Made by a program: the position numbers and the translations under genes. A model generated the notes under the pieces. That model saw only the letters and a program-made list of their open reading frames with translations. It did not search any database and had not been told where the DNA came from. A stretch of DNA of 63,995 bases, the filler included, from Acidimicrobiia bacterium (lineage in GTDB: Bacteria > Actinomycetota > Acidimicrobiia > Spongiisociales > JAENVV01), in the NCBI GenBank assembly GCA_041577335.1. It is 3 parts of 3 records of this genome, joined end to end, with 100 filler letters (N's around TTAATTAATTAA, not from the genome) between each part and the next. Parts side by side here need not be neighbours in the genome. Positions count along the whole stretch, not along the records: positions 1 to 24,618 come from JBFGJH010000049.1; 2 more parts are not named here. One strand, written 5' to 3'. Shown here one piece after another: positions 1 through 11,716 of this stretch. Within the stretch, counting starts at the first letter, position 1; the number at the start of each line of letters is the position of its first letter.

Positions 1-3000
1 CCCGATTCGCAAACCATCATCGAAGGCGACGACGCGGTGTTCACGATCACCGTCATCAACACGGGTCAGACGGATCTCACCAATGCAGCTGTAACCGACC
101 CGCTAGCGCCTACGTGTGACAACAGCTTCGCGACGCTCGCAATAGGCGAGGTTCAGACTTATGGCTGCACGCTGGTGGGCGTGCCGGCCAGCTTCACCAA
201 TTCGGCAACGGTCACAGCCGACGACCCGATCGGCGGTGTCTGGACCGACGTGGATACCGCCGACGTGATTGTGCTCCCGACGGGCGACGTCGCTGGGTTC
301 ATATTCGAGGATGTCGACGGCAATGGCGTATTCACCGGCGGCACCGACCTGCCGATCGCCAATGTCGACGTGCTCCTCACGCTCTCAGACGGAACGACTC
401 TGGTGGTTACGACGATTGCGGACGGCACCTGGACGGCGACCGTGCCTGTCGGTGCGACCACGGTCGACGTCCAAGAGTCTGATCCCGACTTCCCGGCCGG
501 CCTCACCGAGTCCACGGCTACCGACGGCCAGACCGTGTCGGTGGCTGATACCGGAACAACTGCTACTGCGCCAGTTGGGTATGCTCCGGCCGCCGCGGTG
601 GTCGGAACCGTATTCGAAGATTCCAATGGCGACGGTCTGCAGCCGGGCGAGTCAGGAATCGGCGGCGTGGTCGTGAATCTGTGGGAGGACACCGACGGCA
701 ACGGCACGCCCGATATCTTCGTCGCTTCGACGGTCACCGCTGTCAACGGTGACTACTCCTTCGGTGGGCTTGCCCCGGGCGACTACCTCATCGAGCTTCT
801 CGAGCCGGCCGGTGCCGAATTGACAGTGTTGGATCAGGGCGGAGATGACAGCATTGACTCGGATGTCGATCCCACAACGGGGACGTCTGGCGTGGTGACC
901 GTGGACTATGGCGACGTCGCCGACGTTGACGCCGGTTTGTACGTCCCAGCGGTGGTTGGCGATACGGTGTTCTTCGACATCGATGGTGACGGTGTCCAGG
1001 GCGCCGGCGACCCAGGAGTCGAGGGTGTGACAGTCACGGCCACCTGGGCAGGGCCCGACGGGCTGTTCTCCACCGCTGATGACGAGGTGTTCTCGACGAT
1101 CAGCGGCCCGAACGGGCTGTACTCCATCGACGTTCCTCCCGGCGTTTCCACCTTCGAGGTCGATGAGCCGGCCGGAACCACCGTTACCACCGGGAACGAC
1201 GGAGCGTCGCTGGTGCTCGCTTCGGGCGACGTGGTCGACACCGTCGACTTCGGATTCGACGCAGAAGCCGGACTGAGCGGAACGGTCGTGCTCGACACCA
1301 ACGCCAACTTCGCTCTCGACGGGGGAGACGCAGCTCTCGATGCTGTCATCGTCACCGCCACGTGGGCGGGGCCGGACGGTCTGTTTGGGACGGCCGACGA
1401 CGCCCAGTTCTCGACCGTGACCGATTCCTTGGGGGCGTACTCATTGGTCGGCCTGCCGCCTGGCGACTACGAGGTAGCGATCGACCAGGCCAGTCTCCCC
1501 AACGGGGTGATCGACTCGTTCGATCCTGACGGCTCTGCCGATGGGACAACCTTGCTCAGCTTGGCCGCCGGCGACACCGCCACGAACCAGGACTTCGGCG
1601 TGGTCGGCGACCTCGAGCTGGAGTCGCTCGTTTGGTATGACATCGACGGGGACGGTATCCAGGATTCAGGGGAGCCAGGCATGGCCGGAGTCGAAGTGTC
1701 CGCCATTTGGGCGGGACAGGACGGAGTGCTTGGCACACCCGACGATGTCACATGGACCGCGACCACCTTCGCCAACGGCTCGGTTCTGTTCGCAACGCTT
1801 CCGGCCGGCATCTATCAGGTGGTCGTCAACGCCGCGACTCTGCCGGCCGGAATGACCGCCACCTTCGATCCAGACGGCGGGCTGGACGGATCGACGTCGG
1901 TGGTTCTCGCGGGAATCGTTCCCATCGTCGACTTCGGCTACACAGGGACCGGTTCGATCGGTGATCTCGTGTGGCTGGATGTCGATGGCGACGGTGCGGT
2001 CGACGCGGGCGAGGCAGGGATTGGCGGCGTCACAGTGATTGCGACGTGGTTCGGACCCGACGGGGTCACCGGAACTGCCGACGACGTGCTCTTCGCCACC
2101 GTGACGGCAGCCGACGGTTCATACGTCTTCGAGGGCCTGTCAGCCGGCAGCTACACCGTTTCGATAGACCCGACGACGACCGGCGGGTTGGGCGGCGCTC
2201 CTCCCATCAACACCAACTTGGTACCCGGCGAAATCGATGACTCGGTCGACTTCGGCCTCAGCGGCAACCAACCACCCGTGGCCGTCGATGATTTCATCAC
2301 GACGAGAGAAGACACAGCGGAGACCATTTCGGTGATGAGCAACGACACTGATCCTGAGGGCCACCAGCTCGAAGTCACCGGAGTCACCCAACCCACCCAC
2401 GGAACAGTGACCATCAACCCCGACGGAAGCATCACCTATGTGCCTGGTCCGGAGTACAGCGGCCCGGACTCCTTCACCTACACGGTATGTGAGGTCACCG
2501 GCACCCCGTCATCGGGCACAGCCGAAGGCCTCTGCGACACTGCCACCGTGACGATCGACGTGGAATTCGTGAACGACCCGCCTGAGATCACGAACCCGGT
2601 CGTGGAGACTTCTTCAGGTGTCACGCCTCCGCCGCTCATCATCGTGGACCCCGAGGGTGACCCATTTGTGATCACCATCGGCGCCGGGGGCTTGCCGCCG
2701 GGCGTCACGGTCAACCCCGACGGTAGCTTCACCGGACAGCCGAGCCAGCCGGGGACCTACTCGTTCTCGATTCTGCTTTGTGATGCCAACGATCCAACGG
2801 TCTGCTCGATACAGGTAGTCACGATCGTTGTGGTATCGGCCGGCGGGAGCACAGCCCCGGCGTTGCCGCGCACCGGTTCCGACACCGATCGCAACGCCGC
2901 ACTTGCTCTCGTGCTCGTGCTGGCCGGTGGTCTCCTCCTCTGGTTGGGCCGCCGCCGACCCGAGGACATCTTCGAGCCCGAATCAGCGGCTGATGCCGGC

Positions 3001-3021
3001 AAGCGACTCGGCGATGGCTAG
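1..3021 (+). CDS. Sortase-anchored surface adhesin (SdrD B-like/Ig-like repeats, cadherin-like and He_PIG-like domains, LPRTG sorting signal); 5' truncated by the window edge
   Basis: Frame is open from base 1. Repeated GDxVWxDxDGDG...DFG units, an NQPPVAVDD..TPED-like Ig domain, and a C-terminal LPRTG + hydrophobic helix + RRR. Confidence 0.85.
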   Translation, partial: PDSQTIIEGDDAVFTITVINTGQTDLTNAAVTDPLAPTCDNSFATLAIGEVQTYGCTLVGVPASFTNSATVTADDPIGGVWTDVDTADVIVLPTGDVAGFIFEDVDGNGVFTGGTDLPIANVDVLLTLSDGTTLVVTTIADGTWTATVPVGATTVDVQESDPDFPAGLTESTATDGQTVSVADTGTTATAPVGYAPAAAVVGTVFEDSNGDGLQPGESGIGGVVVNLWEDTDGNGTPDIFVASTVTAVNGDYSFGGLAPGDYLIELLEPAGAELTVLDQGGDDSIDSDVDPTTGTSGVVTVDYGDVADVDAGLYVPAVVGDTVFFDIDGDGVQGAGDPGVEGVTVTATWAGPDGLFSTADDEVFSTISGPNGLYSIDVPPGVSTFEVDEPAGTTVTTGNDGASLVLASGDVVDTVDFGFDAEAGLSGTVVLDTNANFALDGGDAALDAVIVTATWAGPDGLFGTADDAQFSTVTDSLGAYSLVGLPPGDYEVAIDQASLPNGVIDSFDPDGSADGTTLLSLAAGDTATNQDFGVVGDLELESLVWYDIDGDGIQDSGEPGMAGVEVSAIWAGQDGVLGTPDDVTWTATTFANGSVLFATLPAGIYQVVVNAATLPAGMTATFDPDGGLDGSTSVVLAGIVPIVDFGYTGTGSIGDLVWLDVDGDGAVDAGEAGIGGVTVIATWFGPDGVTGTADDVLFATVTAADGSYVFEGLSAGSYTVSIDPTTTGGLGGAPPINTNLVPGEIDDSVDFGLSGNQPPVAVDDFITTREDTAETISVMSNDTDPEGHQLEVTGVTQPTHGTVTINPDGSITYVPGPEYSGPDSFTYTVCEVTGTPSSGTAEGLCDTATVTIDVEFVNDPPEITNPVVETSSGVTPPPLIIVDPEGDPFVITIGAGGLPPGVTVNPDGSFTGQPSQPGTYSFSILLCDANDPTVCSIQVVTIVVVSAGGSTAPALPRTGSDTDRNAALALVLVLAGGLLLWLGRRRPEDIFEPESAADAGKRLGDG

Positions 3022-3741
3022 CGACTGGTCGAGCGTGAGGCTCGATTCGAGCCGATAGGTCCGCCCCCCCGCCGCCCAGATGAGCACGTTGCCGGCAAGC
3101 CGCGTCGAGTCTGTGAGAGTCGACCCGTCGGCGTCGACGAATGAGACCTCGTGCGGGCCCCCCTCGATCCAGAATCCTGGGCTGCCGGCCACCGAGACCG
3201 AAGTCACCGAGGTGTCCGACCCAACCCCTTTCACGAATCCGGCCGTCGAGTCGTTGCTGGGGAACTGGCTGAGCAGGAGCCCCACGCCGGTGTCTCCGAC
3301 CTCGGGCAAGGTGTCGGACGCAGACCACACCGACAGCACGTGCCCGGGAGGGAGAGCCTCGAGGTATACGCCGTCCGGCACATCGAGCAAACTCGGCATG
3401 TGAGGCTCGAATCCTGCGAGCTCTTCGCCGTCGGCGAGGGCGATCGGGTTTTCGAGATCCAGGTCGAAATCGGTGGTGTTGATGGAGCCGGTTTCTTCGA
3501 TCCGAATCCCGAAGACGCCGAGCAGATCTGCCGCCGCTCGTCGGGCGGGGGCCCATGTCAACAGAGCGGCCGTCGCGAGAGCGAGAACCGCGGCGACGGC
3601 AAGCCAGCGCAGCCAGGGGTCCTTGCTCCGAGCGGCTGGTGCCTCGAGAGCGCGAACGACGTTGTCGGCGACTTGGGGAGCCTCAGGCCAATCGAGATCG
3701 TCGGCGAGGTTGTGGAGCTGGTGTTCGATAGGGAGATTCAT
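2983..3741 (-). CDS. Putative membrane anti-sigma factor
   Basis: Overlaps the ECF sigma stop (ATGA). Short cytoplasmic N-terminus, one TM helix (WLAVAAVLALATAALLTW), extracytoplasmic C-domain ending YRLESSLTLDQSLAIAESL. Confidence 0.7.
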   Translation of the reverse strand: MNLPIEHQLHNLADDLDWPEAPQVADNVVRALEAPAARSKDPWLRWLAVAAVLALATAALLTWAPARRAAADLLGVFGIRIEETGSINTTDFDLDLENPIALADGEELAGFEPHMPSLLDVPDGVYLEALPPGHVLSVWSASDTLPEVGDTGVGLLLSQFPSNDSTAGFVKGVGSDTSVTSVSVAGSPGFWIEGGPHEVSFVDADGSTLTDSTRLAGNVLIWAAGGRTYRLESSLTLDQSLAIAESLAGISR

Positions 3742-4310
3742 GGCATGTTCCTGGCTCGGGATGTGGTCATGTCCGTTTTCAGCTGATCGAGCGCTCGGGC
3801 GGTCCGTGACTTCACGGTTCCGATGGGCACGTCGAGCGTTTCGGCCGTCTCTTTTTCGCTGAGCCCGACGAGGTATCGGAGGCCGACGACGAGGCGGTAC
3901 TTCTCAGGGAGCGCATCGACGGCCGCCAACAGCAGTTCGGCCTCGGTCGTCGAGAGCGCCATTTCCTCGGGGGAGGGGGCCGCCTCCCCCGAGGCCTCCA
4001 GCGACGCCATGCGAAGGCGCAGTGCTGCCTGTCGTCCCGACCGGCGTCGTCGGTTGCGGGCCAGGTTGCGGACGATGGTCAACAGCCACGGGCGGAACAG
4101 CCGCCCCTCGTCGAACCGGGGCAAAGCGCGGTAGGCGTTGATGAACGCATCTTGAGTGATGTCCTCGGCCTCGCTCTTGTCGCCGGTCACGAGGTACGCG
4201 ACCCGCAGGGCGGTGGCTTGGTGGGCGCGCACCAGCTGTTCGTATGCCGACATATCTCCCGCCTTGGCGGCGACTACCAACGATCTGTCTTCCAGCAGAC
4301 GGCCCTCCAC
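3738..4310 (-). CDS. ECF-family RNA polymerase sigma factor
   Basis: Region 2 (AEDITQDAFINAYRAL, FRPWLLTIVRN) and region 4 (GLSEKETAETLDVPIGTVKSR). Start set at GTG 4310 rather than the longer ORF. Confidence 0.9.
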   Translation of the reverse strand: MEGRLLEDRSLVVAAKAGDMSAYEQLVRAHQATALRVAYLVTGDKSEAEDITQDAFINAYRALPRFDEGRLFRPWLLTIVRNLARNRRRRSGRQAALRLRMASLEASGEAAPSPEEMALSTTEAELLLAAVDALPEKYRLVVGLRYLVGLSEKETAETLDVPIGTVKSRTARALDQLKTDMTTSRARNMP

Positions 4311-4328
4311 CGACCGATCACCCAGCTG

Positions 4329-4354
4329 TACCCCGCAGTTGCCTGAAGGGTTCC
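4329..4354 (-). promoter_or_regulatory. Candidate ECF-type promoter GGAAC-N17-GGTA upstream of the sigma gene (possible autoregulation)
   Basis: Minus strand reads GGAACccttcaggcaactgcggGGTA just before the sigma start. Confidence 0.45.
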
Positions 4355-4378
4355 ATTGGTCGACCCGCGCACCGACCG

Positions 4379-4957
4379 TCAGAATTCCGTTGATTTCGCG
4401 GCGGAGCCGTCCCGGTCCCACGTTGTCCAGGTACCGGTCTGTTTGCCCCGGGCGAACGACCCTGTCCGCATGAGCGTGCCGTCCTTTCGGAACCATTCCC
4501 ATCTGCCGTGAAGGACGCCGTCCTTCATCTGACCGGCTGCTTTCAGGCGCCCATCGGCGAAGTACTCGCATCGGCGCCCGTTCGATACGTCGGAGATCTC
4601 CGCGATGCGGAGCTTCACGAGCCGGCGGACCAGCCCGACGGGAAGGCGCTCGTCGATTCCGAAACGGATCCCTCCCTTTGACCGCTCGTACCTCGCAATC
4701 GCGTCCTCGGCTCGATCGAGCACTGAGCCGCTCATGGGGAAATAGCTGCAATGGCTCTTGAAGGCGTCATACCCGGCCACGCCTTTCCCGCCGAGAATGA
4801 AGGCGGGCATTCCGTACTTGAGGCCCTCGTCTGCGTGGGGGAGGATCGAACGAAGAGTGGACCGAAGCGCTTCCAGCGTTTCGCGCTGCGGCGACGGGAC
4901 CGTGACGATGTAGGCTTCGACCTGTCTGGCCCCTGAATTCGGCCTGGATTCACTCAT
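4379..4957 (-). CDS. DUF1801 (YdhG-like) domain protein fused to MORN-variant repeats
   Basis: EGLKYGMPAF, AFKSHCSYFP, SKGGIRF; C-terminal G+W+W+RKDG repeats. Confidence 0.75.
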   Translation of the reverse strand: MSESRPNSGARQVEAYIVTVPSPQRETLEALRSTLRSILPHADEGLKYGMPAFILGGKGVAGYDAFKSHCSYFPMSGSVLDRAEDAIARYERSKGGIRFGIDERLPVGLVRRLVKLRIAEISDVSNGRRCEYFADGRLKAAGQMKDGVLHGRWEWFRKDGTLMRTGSFARGKQTGTWTTWDRDGSAAKSTEF

Positions 4958-5136
4958 GGCCGTAACTGTACGCGGACCTATCGGCGCCAAACATGATGAG
5001 GTCTTGCCTTTACCTACTCTTTACCGCGTCCGGAGAAGTCTCTGTCCTTCGTAGTTGATACTCCAGTTTGAGGCCGTCGGCCGTGACCGAGTTGGTAGTG
5101 ATCAGCGCTGCTCGACGAAGAGCAAAGGAGAGCAAG

Positions 5137-7284
5137 ATGCAACGACGACTGCGCCGGATGCAACGCGCCACGGGTCGGTATTCGCATCTGGCGTTCGCTG
5201 GAGTGCTGGTTGCTCTGCAGCTCGTTCCTGCCGCGGCGCTGGCTGCCGATGCGGCCGTCGATATCACCAGCACCTTGACACCTGCGGAGTTGACGATCAC
5301 CCCCGGCACCACCGTCACGTGGACGAACTCCGATGACGAAACCCACCGGGTGCGAAGCGAATCCGGCCCCACTGAGTTCGACTCGGGAAATCTAGATCCA
5401 GGCGAGTCGTTCTCGTTCACGTTCTCCACCGAGGGCACCTACACCTACATCGACGACCGAGACAAGGACAACTCCTCGTACTTCGGCTCGGTTGTGGTGT
5501 CGTCGGCAGCTTCGGATCCTGACCCCGATCCCGTCGAGCCGCCGCCCCCTCCGCCAACTGCTGGCGACGTCTCGATCGTGGATCGGAGCTTCAGTCCGAC
5601 GACAATCGAGGTCGGACTAGGTGGATCGGTTACGTGGGCGAACAATGACACTGAAGAACACACAGTCACTGCAACCGACAGTTCGTGGGACAGCGGCATC
5701 TTCGACACGGGCGGCACGTACACGCGCACGTTCGCTACCGCCGGGAGCTTCGCCTACTTCTGTCTCATTCACCCGGATATGACCGGCACCGTGATCGTGA
5801 CCGGTGCAGGCGGCGATCCAATTCCGCCTCCGGTGGAGCCGCCGCCTCCCGCCGACGAACCTGTCGCGCCACCTCCCGCACCAACCGGCCCGGGCGCCGT
5901 CACAATCGTCGACTTCGATTTCTCGCCCTCCGGCCTCACCGTTTCGGCCGGTTCGAGCGTCACATGGACGAACACCGGTGCCGCTCCCCATACGGTGACT
6001 GCCGAAGACGGTTCTTCCGACTCCGGATTCCTTTCTTCGGGCGACAGCTATACGCAGAGCTTCGCCGCAGCCGGAAGCTTCAACTACTTCTGCACGCTCC
6101 ACCCGGCAATGACAGGAACGATCACCGTAACTGGCGCCGATGGCGCCGCGCCACCCGCGAGCTCCGATCCCCCGGCGGAAGATAATCCAACCGCCGACCC
6201 CGCTCCCGTCTCCGGCAGCGGCGACGTGAATGTAGTTGACAACGCCTTTGGGCCTGCGTCGATAACGGTTCCTGCCGGCTCGACCCTTTCATGGCTCAAC
6301 AAGGGGTCGTTACCGCACACGGTCACAGCCCGAAACGGCGCCTTCGATTCGGGGATTCTCGTCTCGGGAGGACGCTATAGCCGGACCTTTGCGACGCCTG
6401 GTACCTACTCGTATTTCTGCACGATTCATCCCGAGATGACGGGAAGCGTGTTGGTTACAGGCGCCGACGGAGAAATCCCGGCTGAGGAGGGCCTCGACGA
6501 TGCTGCGAACGCCAGTGGACTCGGGGGAGCGGCGCCCACCGGACCGGCCAGCGTGGCCATCGTTGACAACGACTACGACCCCGGCTCGCTCACCGTCGGG
6601 GTCGGCCAGACCGTGACCTTCACGAACACAGGTCTCATTCCTCACACTGTCACCGATCGTGCTGACACATTCGACTCTGGATTCCTGATGTCTGGAGACA
6701 CCTACCGGCTCACCCCGACCGAGGTCGGAACAATCGCATACTTCTGCACGATCCACCCCGAGATGTCCGGCATGATCATCGTGAGCGAAGACATCGCTGT
6801 TGACAACGGGGAAGGCAGTGATGGCGGGCTGCCTTCAACAGGCTCCGTCGGTGCCGGGGCTGGTGACGGCGACGAGTCGCTCGAGGTGTCGCAGTCGGTG
6901 CGCATCATTGACAACGACTTCGATCCGACCACGGTCACCGTCGAAGCCGGCACGGCCGTCATGTGGCGCAACGTTGGACAGCTGCCACATACCGTTACCG
7001 ACCGAGCCTCCAGCTTCGACTCGGGGATATTGGAGAACGGGGGCACGTTCGTGCAACAGTTCGACGCGACGGGGGTGTTCGAGTATTTCTGCACGCTCCA
7101 TCCCGATATGGTGGCCACGGTCGAGGTGATCGCCCCGCAAGATGTTGATGCCGTCGCCCTGGTTTCACGCGCGCCCGTCGCTCCGGCGGTCGCCTACATA
7201 CTCGCCGGCGGGTTTGTCGTAGCGATGGCGGTGTTCGTGGTTGGATTGGGCCGGTTCCTCCGAACTGCGGAAGAGGCTCACTGA
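5137..7284 (+). CDS. Secreted, C-terminally membrane-anchored multi-cupredoxin (plastocyanin/amicyanin-like) protein with six domains
   Basis: RBS AAGGAG before ATG 5137. Signal peptide, six TVTWxN..H.V..FDSG repeats (five ending YFCxxHPxM), C-terminal TM helix. Confidence 0.85.
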   Translation: MQRRLRRMQRATGRYSHLAFAGVLVALQLVPAAALAADAAVDITSTLTPAELTITPGTTVTWTNSDDETHRVRSESGPTEFDSGNLDPGESFSFTFSTEGTYTYIDDRDKDNSSYFGSVVVSSAASDPDPDPVEPPPPPPTAGDVSIVDRSFSPTTIEVGLGGSVTWANNDTEEHTVTATDSSWDSGIFDTGGTYTRTFATAGSFAYFCLIHPDMTGTVIVTGAGGDPIPPPVEPPPPADEPVAPPPAPTGPGAVTIVDFDFSPSGLTVSAGSSVTWTNTGAAPHTVTAEDGSSDSGFLSSGDSYTQSFAAAGSFNYFCTLHPAMTGTITVTGADGAAPPASSDPPAEDNPTADPAPVSGSGDVNVVDNAFGPASITVPAGSTLSWLNKGSLPHTVTARNGAFDSGILVSGGRYSRTFATPGTYSYFCTIHPEMTGSVLVTGADGEIPAEEGLDDAANASGLGGAAPTGPASVAIVDNDYDPGSLTVGVGQTVTFTNTGLIPHTVTDRADTFDSGFLMSGDTYRLTPTEVGTIAYFCTIHPEMSGMIIVSEDIAVDNGEGSDGGLPSTGSVGAGAGDGDESLEVSQSVRIIDNDFDPTTVTVEAGTAVMWRNVGQLPHTVTDRASSFDSGILENGGTFVQQFDATGVFEYFCTLHPDMVATVEVIAPQDVDAVALVSRAPVAPAVAYILAGGFVVAMAVFVVGLGRFLRTAEEAH

Positions 7285-7298
7285 GTCGACGGCTGGAA

Positions 7299-7327
7299 TT
7301 GACATTGAATGAATGATCATTCATGAT
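7299..7327 (+). promoter_or_regulatory. Sigma70-type promoter (TTGACA-17-CATGAT) overlapped by the perfect 16-bp palindrome ATGAATGATCATTCAT (7309-7324), a likely TetR operator
   Basis: Read directly from sequence; lies upstream of the SDR-TetR operon. Confidence 0.7.
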
Positions 7328-7355
7328 CAACGACCATTCACCCAAGGAGCAATTC

Positions 7356-8303
7356 ATGACCTGGACCGCCGCCGACATGCCCGACCTTGCCGGTAAGACT
7401 GCCGTGGTGACCGGAGCCAATGGTGGCCTCGGCCTCGAGACGGCTCGCGAGCTGGCCCGCAAGGGGGCCCACGTCGTCATGGCTGCTCGCAACCTCGAGA
7501 AGGCCGCCACCGCCGAAGCAGACATCGCAGAGTCCGTCCCGGGTGCCTCCATCGAGGTGCGGTCTCTCGATCTCTCCTCGCTCCAGTCCGTGAAAGACTT
7601 CGCCGAGTCCGTTCTGTCTGATTTCGACACCATCGAGCTGCTCTTCAATAACGCGGGTGTGATGGCGACACCGGAGCGGACGACCGCTGACGGCTTCGAA
7701 CTGCAGTTCGGAACGAATCACCTCGGCCACTTTGCGCTGACCGCACACCTCATGCCGGCCATCCTGCGTACCGAAGCAGGGCGGGTAGTGAACACAACGT
7801 CGACTGCCCGCTTCAGTGCCGGCGACTACGACCTGAGCAATCCACATTTGCGTGGCAAGTACGACCCGTGGGTGGCGTATGGGATCTCCAAGCGGGCCAA
7901 TCTTCATTTCGCTCTCGAGTTGAACAACCGCCTCTCTGCGGCCGGAGCCACGACGACGGCATACGCAGCCGACCCCGGATTCTCGGACACGGATCTGCAA
8001 TCGACGACCGCGGCCTATGCCGAGTCCGGGCCGAGGGAGCGCTTCTTCGCGATCGTCGTGCCCGTGATTGGACAGTCGGCTGCGCGAGGCGCTCTCCCGC
8101 AGCTGCGAGCCGGCACCGATCCGTCGGCGGTTGGCGGAACGCTCTACCGGCCAAGGTGGGTGACAGCTGGGGCGCCGGTCGTCGGTGGGGTCAGCGACAA
8201 GCTCCGCAAGCCGGAGGAATTGGCCAAGCTGTGGGATGTTTCTGAGGCGGATACCGGCATCACCTTTGCTGTGGCAGAGATGGTCGCCGAAGCGTCCTCG
8301 TGA
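7356..8303 (+). CDS. SDR family oxidoreductase (retinol dehydrogenase-like)
   Basis: [34 protein letters not shown]. Confidence 0.9.
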   Translation: MTWTAADMPDLAGKTAVVTGANGGLGLETARELARKGAHVVMAARNLEKAATAEADIAESVPGASIEVRSLDLSSLQSVKDFAESVLSDFDTIELLFNNAGVMATPERTTADGFELQFGTNHLGHFALTAHLMPAILRTEAGRVVNTTSTARFSAGDYDLSNPHLRGKYDPWVAYGISKRANLHFALELNNRLSAAGATTTAYAADPGFSDTDLQSTTAAYAESGPRERFFAIVVPVIGQSAARGALPQLRAGTDPSAVGGTLYRPRWVTAGAPVVGGVSDKLRKPEELAKLWDVSEADTGITFAVAEMVAEASS

Positions 8304-8863
8304 CGCCTGTCGCCTCCAAGATCGACCGCGCCGCGCTCGTTCGGCGAGCCATGGTGGAACTCGTCGCAGAGAGCGGCCTCCATGGCGCATCAATGGCCGC
8401 CATCGCTCAGCGGGCCGGGGTTGGCACCGGAACCGCGTACGTTCACTACGAATCGAAAGACCGGCTGTTGTTGGCTGCCTATCAGGAGCAGAAGTCGCTC
8501 CTTGATGGGGCGGCCGTAGCGCGGCTCGACCCGGACGATTCTCCGAAGCAACAGTTCCAGAGCATCTGGTCCGGCGTCTACCGGCATCTGGCGGCCGATC
8601 CGGTGGTCGCCCGATTCTTGATCCAGGTGGACGCATCGCCCTATGCAGAAGAACTTCACCAGGTTGCTATCGCCGATCGGGATGATCAACTCAGGAAGGC
8701 AGCTGAGGCACTGATGGACGTTTTCGTCGGCTTGCCTCCGGAAGTGCTCAACGACCTCGCCCTCGGACCCGCGGTCCGTCTGGCGGCCTCGGGTCAGGTG
8801 CTGGACCCAGGCAGGCTGAACCTTCTCGCCGAAGCTTGCTGGCGGGCGGTGACCGAGGATTAG
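8300..8863 (+). CDS. TetR/AcrR family transcriptional regulator
   Basis: N-terminal [30 protein letters not shown] overlap with the SDR gene. Confidence 0.9.
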   Translation: MTPVASKIDRAALVRRAMVELVAESGLHGASMAAIAQRAGVGTGTAYVHYESKDRLLLAAYQEQKSLLDGAAVARLDPDDSPKQQFQSIWSGVYRHLAADPVVARFLIQVDASPYAEELHQVAIADRDDQLRKAAEALMDVFVGLPPEVLNDLALGPAVRLAASGQVLDPGRLNLLAEACWRAVTED

Positions 8864-8869
8864 TCGGGG

Positions 8870-9529
8870 CTAATCGCAGCGGTCCACCCATTCCACTTCG
8901 GGCAGCCGCCCGATTCGGTATGAGGTCACGATGTCGTCGGTGGTTTCAAACCGCAGTCGGTAGTCAGCGTCGGCTTCGTCGAACGGTATGTAGGTGACGT
9001 ACTGTTCGTTGGCTTCGCCAGAGAGGGACGCCGACACGATGACACCGTCCCCGTAGGTGCTCACGAGGTCCGCTTTCGTGTCTCCATTGCCCAGTCCTGA
9101 CAATGTCTTCAGCTGAGTTCCGTCGATATCGATCCGAACCACTCGATCGGCGCGCACCATGAACCTGAGCTCCTGGTCGAGCCCCGTGGACGGATCGTGG
9201 GTGTAGTAGGAACACGACGGGTCCTCGTCGTCGATCTCGACGAGCTCAGCGCCGCCCGCCGCAGCCGCTTCGTCCAAACTCATCCCGATCGTGTATGGCC
9301 CGACCGATCGCAGCGACACCTGCCATGTGGCAAGGATGGCCCCCCAATCGACCGCCGGCGTTGTCGTGGGTGGGGTCGTAGTCGCGACCACAGTTGTCGT
9401 AGTCGCGGGGGCGACGGTGGTGGCCACAGCGGTGGTCGTGGTTTCGTCGGCGACCGGCTCGCTCACCTGCCCACACGCCGCTGCGAGCACACCAAAGAGT
9501 GTCCAGATGAGAAAGCGTCGCCAGCTCAT
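8870..9529 (-). CDS. Putative lipoprotein
   Basis: Lipobox LAAAC, Thr-rich linker, C-terminal globular domain. Confidence 0.7.
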   Translation of the reverse strand: MSWRRFLIWTLFGVLAAACGQVSEPVADETTTTAVATTVAPATTTTVVATTTPPTTTPAVDWGAILATWQVSLRSVGPYTIGMSLDEAAAAGGAELVEIDDEDPSCSYYTHDPSTGLDQELRFMVRADRVVRIDIDGTQLKTLSGLGNGDTKADLVSTYGDGVIVSASLSGEANEQYVTYIPFDEADADYRLRFETTDDIVTSYRIGRLPEVEWVDRCD

Positions 9530-9540
9530 GATGTCTCTAT

Positions 9541-9567
9541 AACGAAGCGAACCTCGAACGCCGTTCC
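9541..9567 (-). promoter_or_regulatory. Candidate SigH/SigE/SigR-type promoter GGAAC-N18-CGTT
   Basis: Minus strand GGAACggcgttcgaggttcgcttCGTT, about 11 nt before the lipoprotein ATG (near-leaderless). Confidence 0.5.
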
Positions 9568-9571
9568 CGTA

Positions 9572-11613
<2,042 letters not shown>

Positions 11614-11716
11614 GGCCTCTCCTCCTCGTTACTCGCGAACGCTGCAGTATTGCAAGTGGATCGCTGATCCAGCAAAAGCAACGGGATTTCCGAGTGAAGA
11701 AGGTGACATCGTCGGC

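Noticed and set aside
5137..7284. Multi-cupredoxin as a laccase or nitrite reductase
   Set aside because: No HxH type-2/3 copper motifs; only isolated type-1 sites.
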